Source: Candidatus Bathyarchaeota archaeon
Lineage (GTDB): Archaea; Thermoproteota; Bathyarchaeia; Bathyarchaeales; Bathycorpusculaceae
Assembly: GCA_963775685.1 (NCBI GenBank)
Contig: CAVZJV010000005.1
Location: 32,001-96,000, forward strand
DNA length: 64,000 nt
Reading direction: 5' to 3'
How positions within the stretch are numbered: the stretch's first letter is position 1; each line of letters begins with the position of its first letter. The notes beneath the pieces are model-generated. The model did no database searches, had not been told where the DNA came from, and was given only the letters and a program-made list of their open reading frames with translations. The position numbers and the translations under genes were made by a program. This document shows, piece after piece, positions 63,061 to 64,000 of this stretch.

Positions 63061-63580
63061 AGATGTTTCAATCCGTGGGTTTAACCGTGAAAATCGAAGG
63101 TATATATGCAGTATGGCAAAAAGACCATACTTTTTATAAAAAGTGACTGAAATGCGGCTCAAATTAGGCTTATTTTGGGTTGTCTTCGAATAGTTTTCGA
63201 CCAAGTCTAAGGCTTTTTTGCCGAAATAATCAGTTTTGAGCCTTATTTCAAGGGTTTATCATTCAAAAAACGGAGTAAATTTTTGGATTTTTGAAAATTC
63301 CCTTTTGCATACTATGCATAGAAGGGTTTGGAAAGGTTCGACTCTGAGATTGTAATTCATTTTAAAACCACTAAAAAAAGTTGATAATCTGATGTGAAAA
63401 TCGAATCCCTTTGAGTTTGGTTTCTGAAATAATGTTCTAAGAGTCTCATAAGGGGATTTTAATTTAGCTACTTTTTGAAAACGTCTTTTTGGAAATGGCA
63501 AAAAAATTGAAAAATTCCCAGATGGGGGGGGTTATATCTGAAAGGCGTATTTTCTTTTTTCTGGCGTTACATTCTTTTGC

Positions 63581-63805
63581 CTATTTAGTGCGAAGTGTCA
63601 TACGTCTAAAGAGTAAGCCCATTTGCGAAACAACTTTCTCGTTAGCATAGTATTTTTGGAAGCATTGTTCACAAATAGCCTTCATTTTCTGTGAATCTGG
63701 AATAAACCCTTCAATGTTAGAGTAAACCGTTTCACCTTTTTCAATGGTTCGGTCACACTTACCGCATTTACCAGAGAACAACGCCTTTCCTTTTGTCCAA
63801 ACCAT
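63581..63805 (-). CDS. Small Zn-finger protein
   Basis: CGKC..TI.KGE...ICEQC; GGTGGT ribosome-binding site. Confidence 0.65.
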   Translation of the reverse strand: MVWTKGKALFSGKCGKCDRTIEKGETVYSNIEGFIPDSQKMKAICEQCFQKYYANEKVVSQMGLLFRRMTLRTK

Positions 63806-64000
63806 CTTTACCACCAGAAGTGATGATATTGGTTATGTTAGCTTTTATGTTTTTGCATCTCTCAGCTTTTTCTAAGTCCCATTTGGTTTCCATAATTTAA
63901 AGGAAACGTTGAAGGAAGATGAGGCGTTATAAGAAGCAAATAGGTAACCATTAAAATGATAAGTAAACAAACCCAAATTATAAAAGATTTTTTTCTACTA

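Larger units (their letters stand above)
61900..64000. mobile_element. Possible left edge of an integrated virus or plasmid-like element
   Basis: Orphan-like ATPase, small minus-strand ORFs and an AT-rich repeat-bearing spacer. No integrase or att site is visible in the window. Confidence 0.4.

Noticed and set aside
1-64000. CRISPR array, tRNA or rRNA genes
   Set aside because: No regularly spaced repeats, cloverleaf or GC-rich structural RNA seen by eye in any intergenic region; no covariance search was run.

Overview
This is an archaeal genomic window, most consistent with Bathyarchaeia (inferred from the PQQ-like beta-propeller surface protein, archaeal-type PheS/PheT, Mch, GGTGA/GAGGT ribosome-binding sites and frequent TTG starts). 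Left to right: a secreted beta-propeller; a ~17 kb surface-glycosylation locus (epimerase, three GT2, two GT4, two multi-TM proteins, a LamG protein); Mpg, a site-2 protease and membrane proteins; a tusA-iscS-iscU-[unannotated TRASH-like protein]-dsrE operon followed by a flavodiiron protein; a 7-gene minus-strand isoprenoid cassette (GGR, polyprenyl synthase, AttH/CrtC/tocopherol-cyclase-like protein, SCP2 and three unknowns); MMPL, TRAM, OYE and SDR genes; three paralogous Pol-beta-type nucleotidyltransferases next to citG, mch and an ECF S-component; pheS/pheT; a decayed vapBC; an ABC-2 transporter; and the probable edge of an integrated element carrying an FtsK/HerA-like ATPase. About 13 frameshifts, one in pheT, can each be repaired by removing a single base, so they are probably sequencing errors. 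The two best candidates for an undescribed system are the CitG + nucleotidyltransferase + Mch module (possible missing terminal steps of methanopterin-type cofactor synthesis) and the isoprenoid cassette. All calls come from reading motifs by eye; no searches were run.
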